A stretch of DNA of 64,000 bases from Alphaproteobacteria bacterium (lineage in GTDB: Bacteria; Pseudomonadota; Alphaproteobacteria; CAAHEQ01; UBA3637), in assembly GCA_045605805.1 (NCBI GenBank), contig JAZUQR010000021.1, positions 49,611-113,610 on the forward strand, in the 5' to 3' direction. The notes beneath the pieces are model-generated. The model was not told the origin of the DNA and ran no database searches. It saw nothing but the letters and a program-made list of their open reading frames with translations. Of the stretch, positions 29,028 to 38,151 are shown piece after piece (the first letter of the stretch is position 1; each line of letters begins with the position of its first letter). Made by a program: the position numbers and the translations under genes.

Positions 29028-29603
29028 TTATTCTCCTTTCTTTCCTAATGTGTTTAGTATGAGTTCTTTAAGTTCAGGGATTGCCTGTCTCTCATTTATA
29101 AGTTTGATCAGCCAAGTGTCTTTGTTACCCTTATAATCAAATGTTTTTAATGCCCAATCAACCACATCTTTTCTGGGATTAATCAATAAGGACCAAGGTG
29201 ATGCGTAAGCACAATCGCCTATATATGCCTTAAAAAGTTCATTAGGATTATGTTCATCCTGATTTACCCATTTCTTAATGTTGTTAAGATCACAGGTCGC
29301 AAACCAAAGTGATTGTTCTCTGTTTAAAGATTCTCCAAGAACAAATCCAAATTCATCGATAATTGCAAGTTCATCCCGAGTAAGCCAAAATAGATACGCA
29401 GCATCAGATACTGGCATCCATTTTTCTATCGCTTTTAAATTTTCATCATAAGAGATAAAAATGATTTTAGCCCAACAAGTATCTTCCTCTTCTATTTCAA
29501 TACGGCCAATATCATTCCAGTATTCGATAAAGGCGGTTCGTCCTTGTTCTCTTGCCAGTTGACAGGTTTTATTAACAATGTCCTCAAATTCTTCTTGAGT
29601 CAT
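29028..29603 (-). CDS. hypothetical protein, paralog of 29605-30138
   Basis: 191-aa ORF, 1-nt gaps to both neighbours. It shares LINPRKDVVDWALK and the C-terminal PELKELILNTLGKKGE with the adjacent gene. Confidence 0.6.
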   Translation of the reverse strand: MTQEEFEDIVNKTCQLAREQGRTAFIEYWNDIGRIEIEEEDTCWAKIIFISYDENLKAIEKWMPVSDAAYLFWLTRDELAIIDEFGFVLGESLNREQSLWFATCDLNNIKKWVNQDEHNPNELFKAYIGDCAYASPWSLLINPRKDVVDWALKTFDYKGNKDTWLIKLINERQAIPELKELILNTLGKKGE

Positions 29604-29604
29604 C

Positions 29605-30138
29605 TTATTCTCCTTTGTTATTTAAACTGTTTAAAATTAATTCTTTCAGTTCAGGATTTGCCTGATATTCTGTAGCAATTGAAATGTCTTCTTCCCCGAT
29701 TCCAAGTTCATTTTTATGCTGAAGTGCCCATTTCACAACCTCACTACGAGGGTTAATAAGGAAACACATAGCTACTCCTTCATTGGCAACAATCTGATAT
29801 TGTTCCTTGATATCCGCTAAAATTGCCTTTAGATCTGATATGATACAAAAGAGAGATTGCTTATAGTGAAAGAAATCTTTAAGATCAATCGTAAGTAAAC
29901 CATTTTTCTCGTATAACCAGTAGTCAGCGTTATACATCCCAAGATAGAACTCTTTCTCGGGAATAGTCTCATCAAAGAATAAAATTTTACCTAATGCCAA
30001 GAAGCATCCAACCCCAGCCGACATATCTACATCAGCAACTTCACAAAGGTCATCGTATGCTTTTTGAAGTTCACGATTACCCCAATGTTTTGTTTGGATG
30101 AGATGGATAAAGTTTTCTGCTAATTCTAAATCAGTCAT
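29605..30138 (-). CDS. hypothetical protein, paralog of 29028-29603
   Basis: 177-aa ORF with LINPRSEVVKWALQ and the C-terminal PELKELILNSLNNKGE. Confidence 0.6.
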   Translation of the reverse strand: MTDLELAENFIHLIQTKHWGNRELQKAYDDLCEVADVDMSAGVGCFLALGKILFFDETIPEKEFYLGMYNADYWLYEKNGLLTIDLKDFFHYKQSLFCIISDLKAILADIKEQYQIVANEGVAMCFLINPRSEVVKWALQHKNELGIGEEDISIATEYQANPELKELILNSLNNKGE

Positions 30139-30148
30139 TGTATCCTCC

Positions 30149-30316
30149 TTATGCTGGCATATAGCCCTTGGTGTTAATTGTTGTCAGAACATGCTCAATA
30201 AAGCGTTGCTCATCGGTATCCATCAGTTGATATGCATAGTAACAATCCTTTGACTGTCCACATTTTTGGAACAAATGGATCATTTTCTTTTTTTGTTGAT
30301 TTTCAATATTAGTCAT
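30149..30316 (-). CDS. possible 55-aa ORF (below the track cutoff)
   Basis: My translation is MTNIENQQKKKMIHLFQKCGQSKDCYYAYQLMDTDEQRFIEHVLTTINTKGYMPA. AAAGGA lies upstream, and the stop abuts the AAGGAGG RBS of the next gene. Confidence 0.3.
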   Translation of the reverse strand: MTNIENQQKKKMIHLFQKCGQSKDCYYAYQLMDTDEQRFIEHVLTTINTKGYMPA

Positions 30317-30384
30317 AGTATAATTCCTTTCGTTAGGTTATGAGAGCAGGAGAAGTTCCAGTTCTCCCACTCTCGGTTAAATAA

Positions 30385-30885
30385 TCAGACATTCTGAGGT
30401 AGATGCTTAATTGCTTCTGCCTCTTGTTTTTCCAGTGCTTCACGCTCTGCTTTTCTTTCTGCTTTGCGCTTTTCCCTTTGGAGTTTCTTGCGGTTTTCTG
30501 CTAAAGCAACTTGCTGTTCACAAAAGTCTTGAATTTGTTTGTCCAAGAGACCTTTGGAAACACCCTCGTAGAATTTGGTAAGAAACTCCACTTTTTGTGG
30601 TACTGATAAGGTTGGACAATTGCACCTATAAACTCTTTTACCACCCAAACGGACTGTGCAAATGGATTTGTTCTTCTTCTCGTCCAAATCCACCAACATC
30701 TTCATCATGCGGTTATCAATATTCCACGTGTTGTTTTTAAAGTGTTGGATGTTTAACTTAATCATACTCAGGATTCTGTCCTTACAATTTTTGAATGAAA
30801 GCAAACCTTCATCCTTCAAAGTTGTCATTGGGACAATCCCGAAAGAACCCATAAAGGATTCCATAGTTTGTGTATTTTCTAACAT
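30385..30885 (-). CDS. hypothetical protein with highly charged coiled-coil C-terminus
   Basis: The ORF is trimmed to the ATG at 30885 after AAAGGA (MLENTQTMESF...). The tail reads ENRKKLQREKRKAERKAEREALEKQEAEA. It is the first gene of a five-gene minus-strand string. Confidence 0.5.
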   Translation of the reverse strand: MLENTQTMESFMGSFGIVPMTTLKDEGLLSFKNCKDRILSMIKLNIQHFKNNTWNIDNRMMKMLVDLDEKKNKSICTVRLGGKRVYRCNCPTLSVPQKVEFLTKFYEGVSKGLLDKQIQDFCEQQVALAENRKKLQREKRKAERKAEREALEKQEAEAIKHLPQNV

Positions 30886-31162
30886 TTTATTATCCTTTCT
30901 GTTAATTGTTAGACCGCCTCTTTTTGAGGCAGGCACAATTCTATGGATTTGAAAAATGAAGTCAATATACCCAAAATTCACAAAAGGTCCAAAATGGCAA
31001 TTTTGGATGGATATTGATGGATATGGATGGATATTCATTCCTTTTTTATTTTGCAGAAGTGATCATTTTTCCCTAAATTTTGTTCAAAGTTACAAAAATC
31101 TGATTCAAAAATGATGCGAATCGGACTTGACATCCTTGAAAATGGCCTATAAACTCAATTCC

Positions 31163-31612
31163 ATGAAGAGATTGTTATTGTTGATATTGCTTGTATTTGC
31201 TTGTTCTACAAGGGCTGAGGATGAATCCGAACTAACCTCTGCTCAAAGGACAGAACAAATTATCCAACAATGTAAAAGTTCCCGCTGGAAGGAATATGAG
31301 GAATCTAGGGATTTCCACAAAGATTACCTATTGGCCGACATTACCAAGGAAGAAATAGAATGTAAGGAAAAGGCATTCTTGAAACTTTTACCTGAAATTC
31401 TTCCGGAGAAAAGTGACCAAGAAGAAGTTGCCCAGTTATACCAAGATTATAAAGCAAACTTCCTGAAACTTCATGCCACTATTGCTAGACGGAATGTAAT
31501 GTGTGGCGGAGAAGATTTGGGATGTGGCACTATGCGTAAGATTGCCGATACCATGGCATATGATAATGCCATCAACGACTTAATTACTTATACATTTGAA
31601 AGTGTTCGTTAA
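31163..31612 (+). CDS. hypothetical secreted protein
   Basis: The ATG at 31163 gives MKRLLLLILLVFACSTRAEDE (signal peptide), then a helical region with 4 Cys. Confidence 0.5.
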   Translation: MKRLLLLILLVFACSTRAEDESELTSAQRTEQIIQQCKSSRWKEYEESRDFHKDYLLADITKEEIECKEKAFLKLLPEILPEKSDQEEVAQLYQDYKANFLKLHATIARRNVMCGGEDLGCGTMRKIADTMAYDNAINDLITYTFESVR

Positions 31613-31686
31613 TCTTTTTTGAAATCATTTTTCTGAAAGATTACATTTTTTAATCATTCTTTGATAAATATCTTTGTAAGAAAAGG

Positions 31687-31887
31687 ATGATTAAAATGAT
31701 CAATAAAATTATACACGGAATATGGTTGTGTGTGACACAACTCCCTGATAATAAACTTCGAGAACCGATCAGACAACTAATTCAAATCTATAACGATGAT
31801 TATCTTGCCAAGCAGCGCTTCCTAGATAAGTTAGATAAACTTTTAACCGAAATTGACGAGGAGAGAAATAATGTCCAAGAAAAATAA
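31687..31887 (+). CDS. hypothetical small protein
   Basis: 66-aa ORF that overlaps the start of the next gene. I recognise no motif. Confidence 0.3.
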   Translation: MIKMINKIIHGIWLCVTQLPDNKLREPIRQLIQIYNDDYLAKQRFLDKLDKLLTEIDEERNNVQEK

Positions 31888-32251
31888 GGATAAAGATACC
31901 GTTTATGTTGATACACTTAAAGACGTGAAATATGTGGTATCATTATTAGAAGATATAAATCAACCGATAAACACTCAATTGTCTTCATTGCTACAGATTT
32001 GTTGTATGATGTCTGCTGACGTGACGGTGATTGAATACCTGCTCGCAGAAGGTGCAAACCCGAATTATTTGGACTATAGGGGTTGGACTGCCAGAGATTA
32101 TGCCTCCTTTAACAAAAATCCTATTGCCATGCTTTTAATTTACGGGTTGCTGGAACGATATGAAGATAAGTTCCCAAAGGAAGATGCAAGGAAACGCCGA
32201 GAAGAGATTCTAGATTGGGCATTTAAAAAAGAAAAGAAACCCTCGAATTAA
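31871..32251 (+). CDS. ankyrin-repeat-like small protein
   Basis: The ATG at 31871 follows GAGGAG. IEYLLAEGANPNYLDYRGWTARDYASFNKNP is an ankyrin-type repeat. Confidence 0.5.
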   Translation: MSKKNKDKDTVYVDTLKDVKYVVSLLEDINQPINTQLSSLLQICCMMSADVTVIEYLLAEGANPNYLDYRGWTARDYASFNKNPIAMLLIYGLLERYEDKFPKEDARKRREEILDWAFKKEKKPSN

Positions 32252-32259
32252 CGAGGGTT
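32235..32259 (+). repeat. 25-nt hairpin element, copy 1 (terminator-like)
   Basis: agaaaccctcgaattaacgagggtt is identical to 32828-32852. Its stem is aaccctcg/cgagggtt, followed by T-rich sequence. Confidence 0.7.
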
Positions 32260-32265
32260 TTGTTT

Positions 32266-32724
32266 TTATTTGATCGCAATCTTGCGAGATTTAGGTGGAG
32301 CAATTGCTTTCTTGGGCAAGTCAATTGTTAGAACACCTTTCTTAAAGTTTGCTTCAATCTTATCATCAGCAATATTGTCTGGCAATCTCACCGAACGACT
32401 GAAAGTACCATAAGAACATTCTTTCAAATAATATCCTTTATCCTTCTCCTCGGTTTCTGCTTTCTTTTCGCCACTGATGGTTAGCAAGCCATCGTCAATG
32501 GACAATTCGATATCCTTTTCATCCATTCCGGGCAGTTCTGCTTTGATTTCAAATTTATCTTTTAATTCAGCAACATCCAACTTTGGAACCATAACTGCAT
32601 GTGTCTCTGTGGTTTCCAATGGACTCATAAATGCGTCGAACAGGCGATTTATGTCGGATTGTAATCCCCAAACATCATTTGTTCTTGGTTCTAGTTCAGT
32701 TCTCTTTACAATATAATGTGACAT
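32266..32724 (-). CDS. small heat-shock protein (Hsp20/alpha-crystallin family)
   Basis: The ATG at 32724 follows AAAGGAGAAAG. The alpha-crystallin domain reads FEIKAELPGMDEKDIELSIDDGLLTISGEK ... FKKGVLTIDLPK. Confidence 0.85.
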   Translation of the reverse strand: MSHYIVKRTELEPRTNDVWGLQSDINRLFDAFMSPLETTETHAVMVPKLDVAELKDKFEIKAELPGMDEKDIELSIDDGLLTISGEKKAETEEKDKGYYLKECSYGTFSRSVRLPDNIADDKIEANFKKGVLTIDLPKKAIAPPKSRKIAIK

Positions 32725-32827
32725 AATCTTTCTCCTTTCATTGCTGGGATTCACAGTTTCCCAATCAACACTTAACATATGGTTTTATTCTCTTCCTTGT
32801 GCAAGGGGTTTTGAAAAATATTTTTTA

Positions 32828-32852
32828 AGAAACCCTCGAATTAACGAGGGTT
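32828..32852 (+). repeat. 25-nt hairpin element, copy 2
   Basis: Identical 25-mer to 32235-32259. The two copies bracket the sHSP gene. Confidence 0.7.
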
Positions 32853-32895
32853 ATTTTTTACTGGAATGTGGGTGAAAGCGCGCCCACAAAAGTAT

Positions 32896-33429
32896 TTATC
32901 GCTGAATCATCTCATCTAATTGTTCTTTGGATACCCCATTACTATAAAAGATGTTTTCCAAAGCACTGACCCTATGTTTAAGTGTGGCAAGTTCTGTCTC
33001 TAACTTTTGAACACGCATAGTTAGTTCCTGATTAGATAGGACTAAATCAGTCCGTTCATTGACTAATTGTTCATTACGGTCAGTTTCTTGTGATAATTGG
33101 TCATTCAGGTATTTGTTATCTCGCTCAAAGTTATCTCTGTCCTCTTTTAATATCTTCTTATCCAAGTTCCGCATGTCTTCAAAGAGTGGTTTGTATTCCT
33201 GACCTGTTAGGGATAGTATTCTCCTTCCCATTTTATCAATTTCTTTATAAAGGTATCCATCCCTTATCAAGTCATTTACAAATGTCTTGGCAGTGCTTTC
33301 GGTTAGATCTAATCCTTTAGCAATATATTCGTTGCTGGCAAAGAACTGATGCCCATTTTGCGTTTTATATTTTACAAAGTCCAACAAGACCCGTTTTGTG
33401 ATGGACAAATCTGATTTACTTTTACTCAT
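32896..33429 (-). CDS. winged-helix + coiled-coil protein; candidate iteron-binding (Rep/regulator-like)
   Basis: 177-aa ORF. The N-terminus looks like wHTH (ASNEYIAKGLDLTESTAKTFVNDLIRDGYLYKE) and the C-terminus has heptad-like coiled coil. It is divergent from the adjacent iteron array. Its 3' ~120 bp recur at 56975-57093. Confidence 0.5.
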   Translation of the reverse strand: MSKSKSDLSITKRVLLDFVKYKTQNGHQFFASNEYIAKGLDLTESTAKTFVNDLIRDGYLYKEIDKMGRRILSLTGQEYKPLFEDMRNLDKKILKEDRDNFERDNKYLNDQLSQETDRNEQLVNERTDLVLSNQELTMRVQKLETELATLKHRVSALENIFYSNGVSKEQLDEMIQR

Positions 33430-33615
33430 AAAAACTCCTTAAATTGATTTTCAGCAATTCCGCACTAAACTCGCAATTTATCAAAGGCATTTGATATTGC
33501 TCGTGTAAGTGCTCATTGATAACTTTGAAAAAACAATCAGAGCAATGATTGTTTTATTCTTTGTTATTTATCCGCCCGAAGATGGATTTCACCATTTTTC
33601 AAAAAAAATCTTCAC

Positions 33616-33761
33616 GGTGACCGTTATGTTCGGTTTTTGAGGGGGTGATGACCGTTATGTTCGGGTTTGGCATTTTGGGTGACCGTTATGTTCAGGGGTG
33701 ATAACTGTTATCCCCACTACTGAAGACCGTTATGTTCGGTAGTGGTGACCGTTATGTTCGG
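33616..33761 (+). repeat. iteron-like direct repeat array (5 copies + 1 degenerate)
   Basis: (g)gtgaccgttatgttcgg occurs at 33616, 33647, 33678, 33722 and 33744, at spacings of 31, 31, 44 and 22 bp. A degenerate copy ggtgataactgttatcc at 33697 contains ttatcccca (33708-33716), one mismatch from the DnaA box TTATCCACA. Confidence 0.8.
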
Positions 33762-34022
33762 TGCTTTTTCATGAAACTCAATACTGACGGGGGTTACAGA
33801 GGTGTTTTTTAGTCCTATAATATAATTATAATAGAAATAAAATAGAATCTATTATATAAGGGAATTTACAATAGATTTCTTTTTTCTGTGATTAAAATAT
33901 AGGCCTTTTAACTAATTGGGAATATCAGTCAGGGAAAATAATAGAGGCAACTGCCTGATGCCATCACACAGAAAGAAAACAAAGTTGGTAGCCGCCTTTT
34001 GGCGAGCGGGTGGCTGGTTTGC

Positions 34023-34051
34023 TTGACTTTGATATGAGTTTTTGCTACACT
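34023..34051 (+). promoter_or_regulatory. possible sigma70-like promoter of the three-gene operon
   Basis: TTGACT (34023-34028), a 17-bp spacer, then TACACT (34046-34051), ~35 nt before the ATG at 34085. Confidence 0.35.
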
Positions 34052-34084
34052 ATATTTCAATAAACAAATGGTATAGGGCATCCC

Positions 34085-35236
34085 ATGGATAATACTACGA
34101 TTTCATTCCCTTACAATAAAAGAAATACAGGATTTCATTCTGGTTGCGGATACGAATATCAGCGATATGCTTTTTTATGGGCCTGTACAAAATTAAAAAA
34201 AGATAATTATGTCACTTTTGAGCGTATTGAAGATATTGAATTTGGAACTGTGAGCACTGATTCCCTGCATATTATCATACAAGTAAAAGAAGTGGGAAGC
34301 TCTATTCAATTAAAAGAATTATTACCAGAAATTGAAAAAGCTTGGCAATATCTGATTGATTCAGAAAAAACTACTAATTTTTGGTACATTACTACGCAAT
34401 CAGTAAAATTAGAAACTCCGCCTTTATGTGCTAATTCACCACAAAAGAGTGGCATAGAAATTTGGAACAACCCAGCAAATAAACAGGAATTTCAAGCTTT
34501 AATAAATTTTTTATCACAGACAACATCACAATCGCTTAAAGATTTTTTAAAAAGAGAACAAAATACGCCCAATGCAATACGAGATTCATTAGTTTCTAAC
34601 ATAACTTTCTGGGATAAAACCCCATATTTGGAGGAACTTAATAGAAAAATTGAAGCATCATTAACAAATTTTTTAGAACAAAATGGTTACCAATACCCCA
34701 ACATTTCAGCTTTGGCTGCGGTATTAAAAAGGGAGATAGACATTTTGATGGATAATGTCCACAAAGGACATGGAAAAGAATTCAAATTATTTTATTCTGA
34801 TTTTCAGAATTTAGTCCGTAAAAATATAAATTTACCCAATTCATATACACAAACCAATATAGACGATTCAACGTCTATTAACATAGGAAATAGAAGCTTT
34901 GGCAATAGATTAGTTGAAACAATACAAAACTTGTTTAAAAATGAACAAAAAATTATTGATACAGTAAAAAAACTTGATACTATTTCTTCTGCAGAAGAAT
35001 ATTGTCAAGAAGTTGCGGTTTTGCTTTCAGAAGCAATACGGATACGCACGCATAAAACTCTTGATGTACATTTAAAAAGCATAAATGATCTTAATCAACA
35101 AGAATATAGTTGTTTTGTTTTTGCGGATCAATTGATTTGTGCTTTACAAAAAGGGAATATGGATAGAGGTATTGCGGAAAAACAAGCCATCAAGTTGATA
35201 ACGCAATTACAAATTTTTTACAACAGGAGCGAATAA
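34085..35236 (+). CDS. DUF4297/Cap4-like PD-(D/E)xK nuclease-domain protein (gene A of candidate system)
   Basis: 383 aa. The N-terminus GFHSGCGYEYQRYAFLWACTKL ... FERIEDIEF ... IIQVKEV fits the G-x-x-YQ / E-x-D / Q-x-K pattern of the Cap4-type dsDNA nuclease domain. The C-terminal ~230 aa are helical with no motif I recognise. Confidence 0.55.
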   Translation: MDNTTISFPYNKRNTGFHSGCGYEYQRYAFLWACTKLKKDNYVTFERIEDIEFGTVSTDSLHIIIQVKEVGSSIQLKELLPEIEKAWQYLIDSEKTTNFWYITTQSVKLETPPLCANSPQKSGIEIWNNPANKQEFQALINFLSQTTSQSLKDFLKREQNTPNAIRDSLVSNITFWDKTPYLEELNRKIEASLTNFLEQNGYQYPNISALAAVLKREIDILMDNVHKGHGKEFKLFYSDFQNLVRKNINLPNSYTQTNIDDSTSINIGNRSFGNRLVETIQNLFKNEQKIIDTVKKLDTISSAEEYCQEVAVLLSEAIRIRTHKTLDVHLKSINDLNQQEYSCFVFADQLICALQKGNMDRGIAEKQAIKLITQLQIFYNRSE

Positions 35237-35237
35237 C

Positions 35238-38144
35238 ATGACATTTTTAGAACTAAAACAACAAATAGATGCGGCTCTAATGAACAATAATATTGAAAGC
35301 AATCTCGATAGATTGTTACCAGAATTAAAGCTACCTAAAAATGAACAATTGTTTTATTACCTGTTTCAAGTGGTTAAGAATACAGAATTGTTTGAGTATT
35401 TTAGAGAAAATAATTTGCTTTCACCAATACAATACGGAAATGATGAGCAACGCTGTATAAGTTGGCCAGCCTTGCCATATTTACAAAGTATAGTAACGGA
35501 AAAAGAAACTGAAGTAGCCGATTTAATCAGCTCTTTACCATTCCACAAGGACCTCAAAATAGATCATTTGGTCTTAAGTGGTCTTTTACAGCTAGCCCTA
35601 AATTTTCAACACAAAGAAAATTTACTAAAAATTTGTAATAAACTTATAAACATTTTAAATCAAGGGATAGAACTTCCTTCATATTTTAATGCCGATGTTT
35701 TTATTGACTTCATAATCAAACTCAAAACTTTAAAATGCATTCATAATGCATTTAAATTGCTGGAAGCATTATTAACGCTTAAACTTGTCCCAGATCAATT
35801 ATTTGCTTCTAAACAACCTGAGTATAACGCAATTCCTCGGTTTCAGAATAGCAAAGAAACTGGAGAAAATCATTTTTACCATACACTCACTGAAAAGAGT
35901 GCATCCACAACTAAGAATCAAAAAGATATTTTATCACTATTCAAGATATATTATAAAGTTCTAGACAATGTATTATGTACAAAAACATTGACTAGTACTG
36001 ATCGTGAGATGTTAAATTGGCGTATCTGTTTTAGAAGACCTGCAATTGAGGATGATCCACAAAATATTAATGCAGAAGAACCTATTTCTAATATAATTGA
36101 TGTGATACGGGATTTATCCGCTAAAATCATGCAATATAATTCCAAGAACACACAGATGACAGTAATCAATTTGCTGAAAAAAGGACATGGAGATATCTTT
36201 AAGAGAATTTTATTATATCTAGCCCACCGTTTTCCAAGTAAATTAAAAAAATATATTGCAGATATATTGCCCAACAAAACTTACTTTACGGGCACAAAAC
36301 TTGCTACGAATGTGTATCATGAATATTATCAATTGCTACAACAGGAATTCCAGAACCTATCCAAACAAAAACAGAATCTAATTATAGGATATATATTAGA
36401 AGGTCCTGAAAAAGATTCCGATATGACAACGGATCAAATAGAATATTGGAAATTTAAAAAATTGCACTCTATTCACAAAGGGTTACCCGCTGGTATACAA
36501 CAATATTATGACACTTTAGAACGAAAATTTAAGGATAAAATAGAACATCCTGAATTTTTACATTATATGTCTTCGTTTGTTGGTTATCCAACTCCAAAGA
36601 CAGAGGAAGAACTATCGACAATGTCTATTGAACAAATTGTGGACTTTATGAAAACTTGGAAACCTGAAGACAAAGGTATTCGTTCTCCCGATAGAAGCGG
36701 TCTAAGTGATGTATTAGCAAAAGATATACGTAAAAGACCTCAGGAATATATAAAGCATCTTCATTTATTTAAAGATGTGAACGAACCAACTTACATTAGC
36801 ACACTATTGAATACGCTTTGGAACACAAATCAAATTATGCCTAATTTTATTGAAATTTGTGAAGTGATTAAATGGGCATTAACAAAAAAGAAAGAAAAAT
36901 TTGAAGATAGAGAGAGTATCTTTGATGGAGACAGGGATTGGCATCAGGTGTACAGAGCTGCTATGAATATCTTTGTCCATTATTTCCATAATCTTACAGG
37001 GAAAGAAACTCTATCACAGGATGATATAAACAATATTAAAGATGCCTATAGTATTATTCAAGAAATAACGCTTATGGAGGATTCTTGGTTAAAAAAGCAA
37101 CAGATGTCATCTAAAGAACCTCCAATTGAGCACTATCAAAGGGCTATTAACTCTTTGCATGGTGATGCAATGACTGCTTTATTCCAGTATGGAATGTGGC
37201 AAAATAGAGCAAATTTACATTTAAATGATGTTCCAACACATTTGGAAAAGGTTTTAACAGATAATCATTATCCAGAAACTTATGCTGTCATAGGCCGACA
37301 TTTACCTTGGATAAAATCTATGAATGAAGAATGGTTTGCAGCTAATTTGGATAAACTCTTACCAGAAGATAATAATGAAACTTTTGATGTAACATGGTTG
37401 TGTTATGTACATTTTGTAGCTCCCTATAGTGACATGTATGATATTTTAAAACAAAAATTCACTTATGCTTTAAATAGAAACTATAAAAAGACAGAAGATA
37501 ACACAGAAAATGGTGGAACGGCCGCTCACCTAGCAATGTATTATGGGCGAGGAACGATTGCTTTGGAAGATCCAATCTTTGATATATTGCTTCCTCAACA
37601 ACAAGAGACATTTGAAGGAGTTTCTTTGCTAAGCTACATTGGTAGATCTTTACGTGATGAGGCTAATAAGAACTTAGAACCAATTTATTATGAAAGATTC
37701 AAAAATCTATGGGGGAAATATAGAGCTACTATTGCCGAAAACGAGCAAAACCATAAGGATGGCCTTAAATCTTTTGGACACTGGTATACTTCGGGCGTTT
37801 TTGATCAAAAGTGGGCTTTAAATCAACTACATGATATTGTTTGTACACATAATATTATCCCTACAACCTATGGGTTAATTGATCAATTGATTGTAGATGT
37901 AGATTGTGATGCCCTAAAATCTATAGAGATTGTGGAAAAATTGGTAACGCAATCGGATAGAGATTTTCTTGATATCACCATAACAGATTTAGAAAACTTG
38001 TTTAATAAAATAAATGAGAAAGAATCAGCTGATATTAAAGCAAAAGCATTAACAATCTTGGAAAATATTATTAACAGTAAAAATAATCTAGAAATATGTT
38101 CAAGATTAGAACCTATAGTTAATTCTCTTAAGGCAAAGTTATAA
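35238..38144 (+). CDS. 968-aa helical (HEAT/ARM-like?) protein of unknown function (gene B)
   Basis: Uninterrupted ORF starting 1 nt after the gene A stop. Reading through, I found no Walker A/B, no DEAD/H motif and no obvious catalytic motif. The composition is Leu/Lys/Glu/Asn-rich, typical of alpha-helical repeats. Confidence 0.6.
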   Translation: MTFLELKQQIDAALMNNNIESNLDRLLPELKLPKNEQLFYYLFQVVKNTELFEYFRENNLLSPIQYGNDEQRCISWPALPYLQSIVTEKETEVADLISSLPFHKDLKIDHLVLSGLLQLALNFQHKENLLKICNKLINILNQGIELPSYFNADVFIDFIIKLKTLKCIHNAFKLLEALLTLKLVPDQLFASKQPEYNAIPRFQNSKETGENHFYHTLTEKSASTTKNQKDILSLFKIYYKVLDNVLCTKTLTSTDREMLNWRICFRRPAIEDDPQNINAEEPISNIIDVIRDLSAKIMQYNSKNTQMTVINLLKKGHGDIFKRILLYLAHRFPSKLKKYIADILPNKTYFTGTKLATNVYHEYYQLLQQEFQNLSKQKQNLIIGYILEGPEKDSDMTTDQIEYWKFKKLHSIHKGLPAGIQQYYDTLERKFKDKIEHPEFLHYMSSFVGYPTPKTEEELSTMSIEQIVDFMKTWKPEDKGIRSPDRSGLSDVLAKDIRKRPQEYIKHLHLFKDVNEPTYISTLLNTLWNTNQIMPNFIEICEVIKWALTKKKEKFEDRESIFDGDRDWHQVYRAAMNIFVHYFHNLTGKETLSQDDINNIKDAYSIIQEITLMEDSWLKKQQMSSKEPPIEHYQRAINSLHGDAMTALFQYGMWQNRANLHLNDVPTHLEKVLTDNHYPETYAVIGRHLPWIKSMNEEWFAANLDKLLPEDNNETFDVTWLCYVHFVAPYSDMYDILKQKFTYALNRNYKKTEDNTENGGTAAHLAMYYGRGTIALEDPIFDILLPQQQETFEGVSLLSYIGRSLRDEANKNLEPIYYERFKNLWGKYRATIAENEQNHKDGLKSFGHWYTSGVFDQKWALNQLHDIVCTHNIIPTTYGLIDQLIVDVDCDALKSIEIVEKLVTQSDRDFLDITITDLENLFNKINEKESADIKAKALTILENIINSKNNLEICSRLEPIVNSLKAKL

Positions 38145-38151
38145 GTTCAAA

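Noticed and set aside
33616-33761. Whether the repeat array could be a small CRISPR array.
   Set aside because: The repeats are only 17-18 bp. The gaps between them are irregular, about 4-26 bp, which is far shorter than CRISPR spacers. There are no cas genes or leader. The geometry fits iterons or operator sites instead.
35238-38144. Whether gene B is an SMC/LmuB-like or HerA-like NTPase. That would make the operon a Lamassu or DUF4297-HerA variant.
   Set aside because: Reading the whole 968-aa translation, I found no GxxxxGK[ST] Walker A, no hhhhD[DE] Walker B context and no ABC signature motif. This cannot be fully excluded without profile searches.
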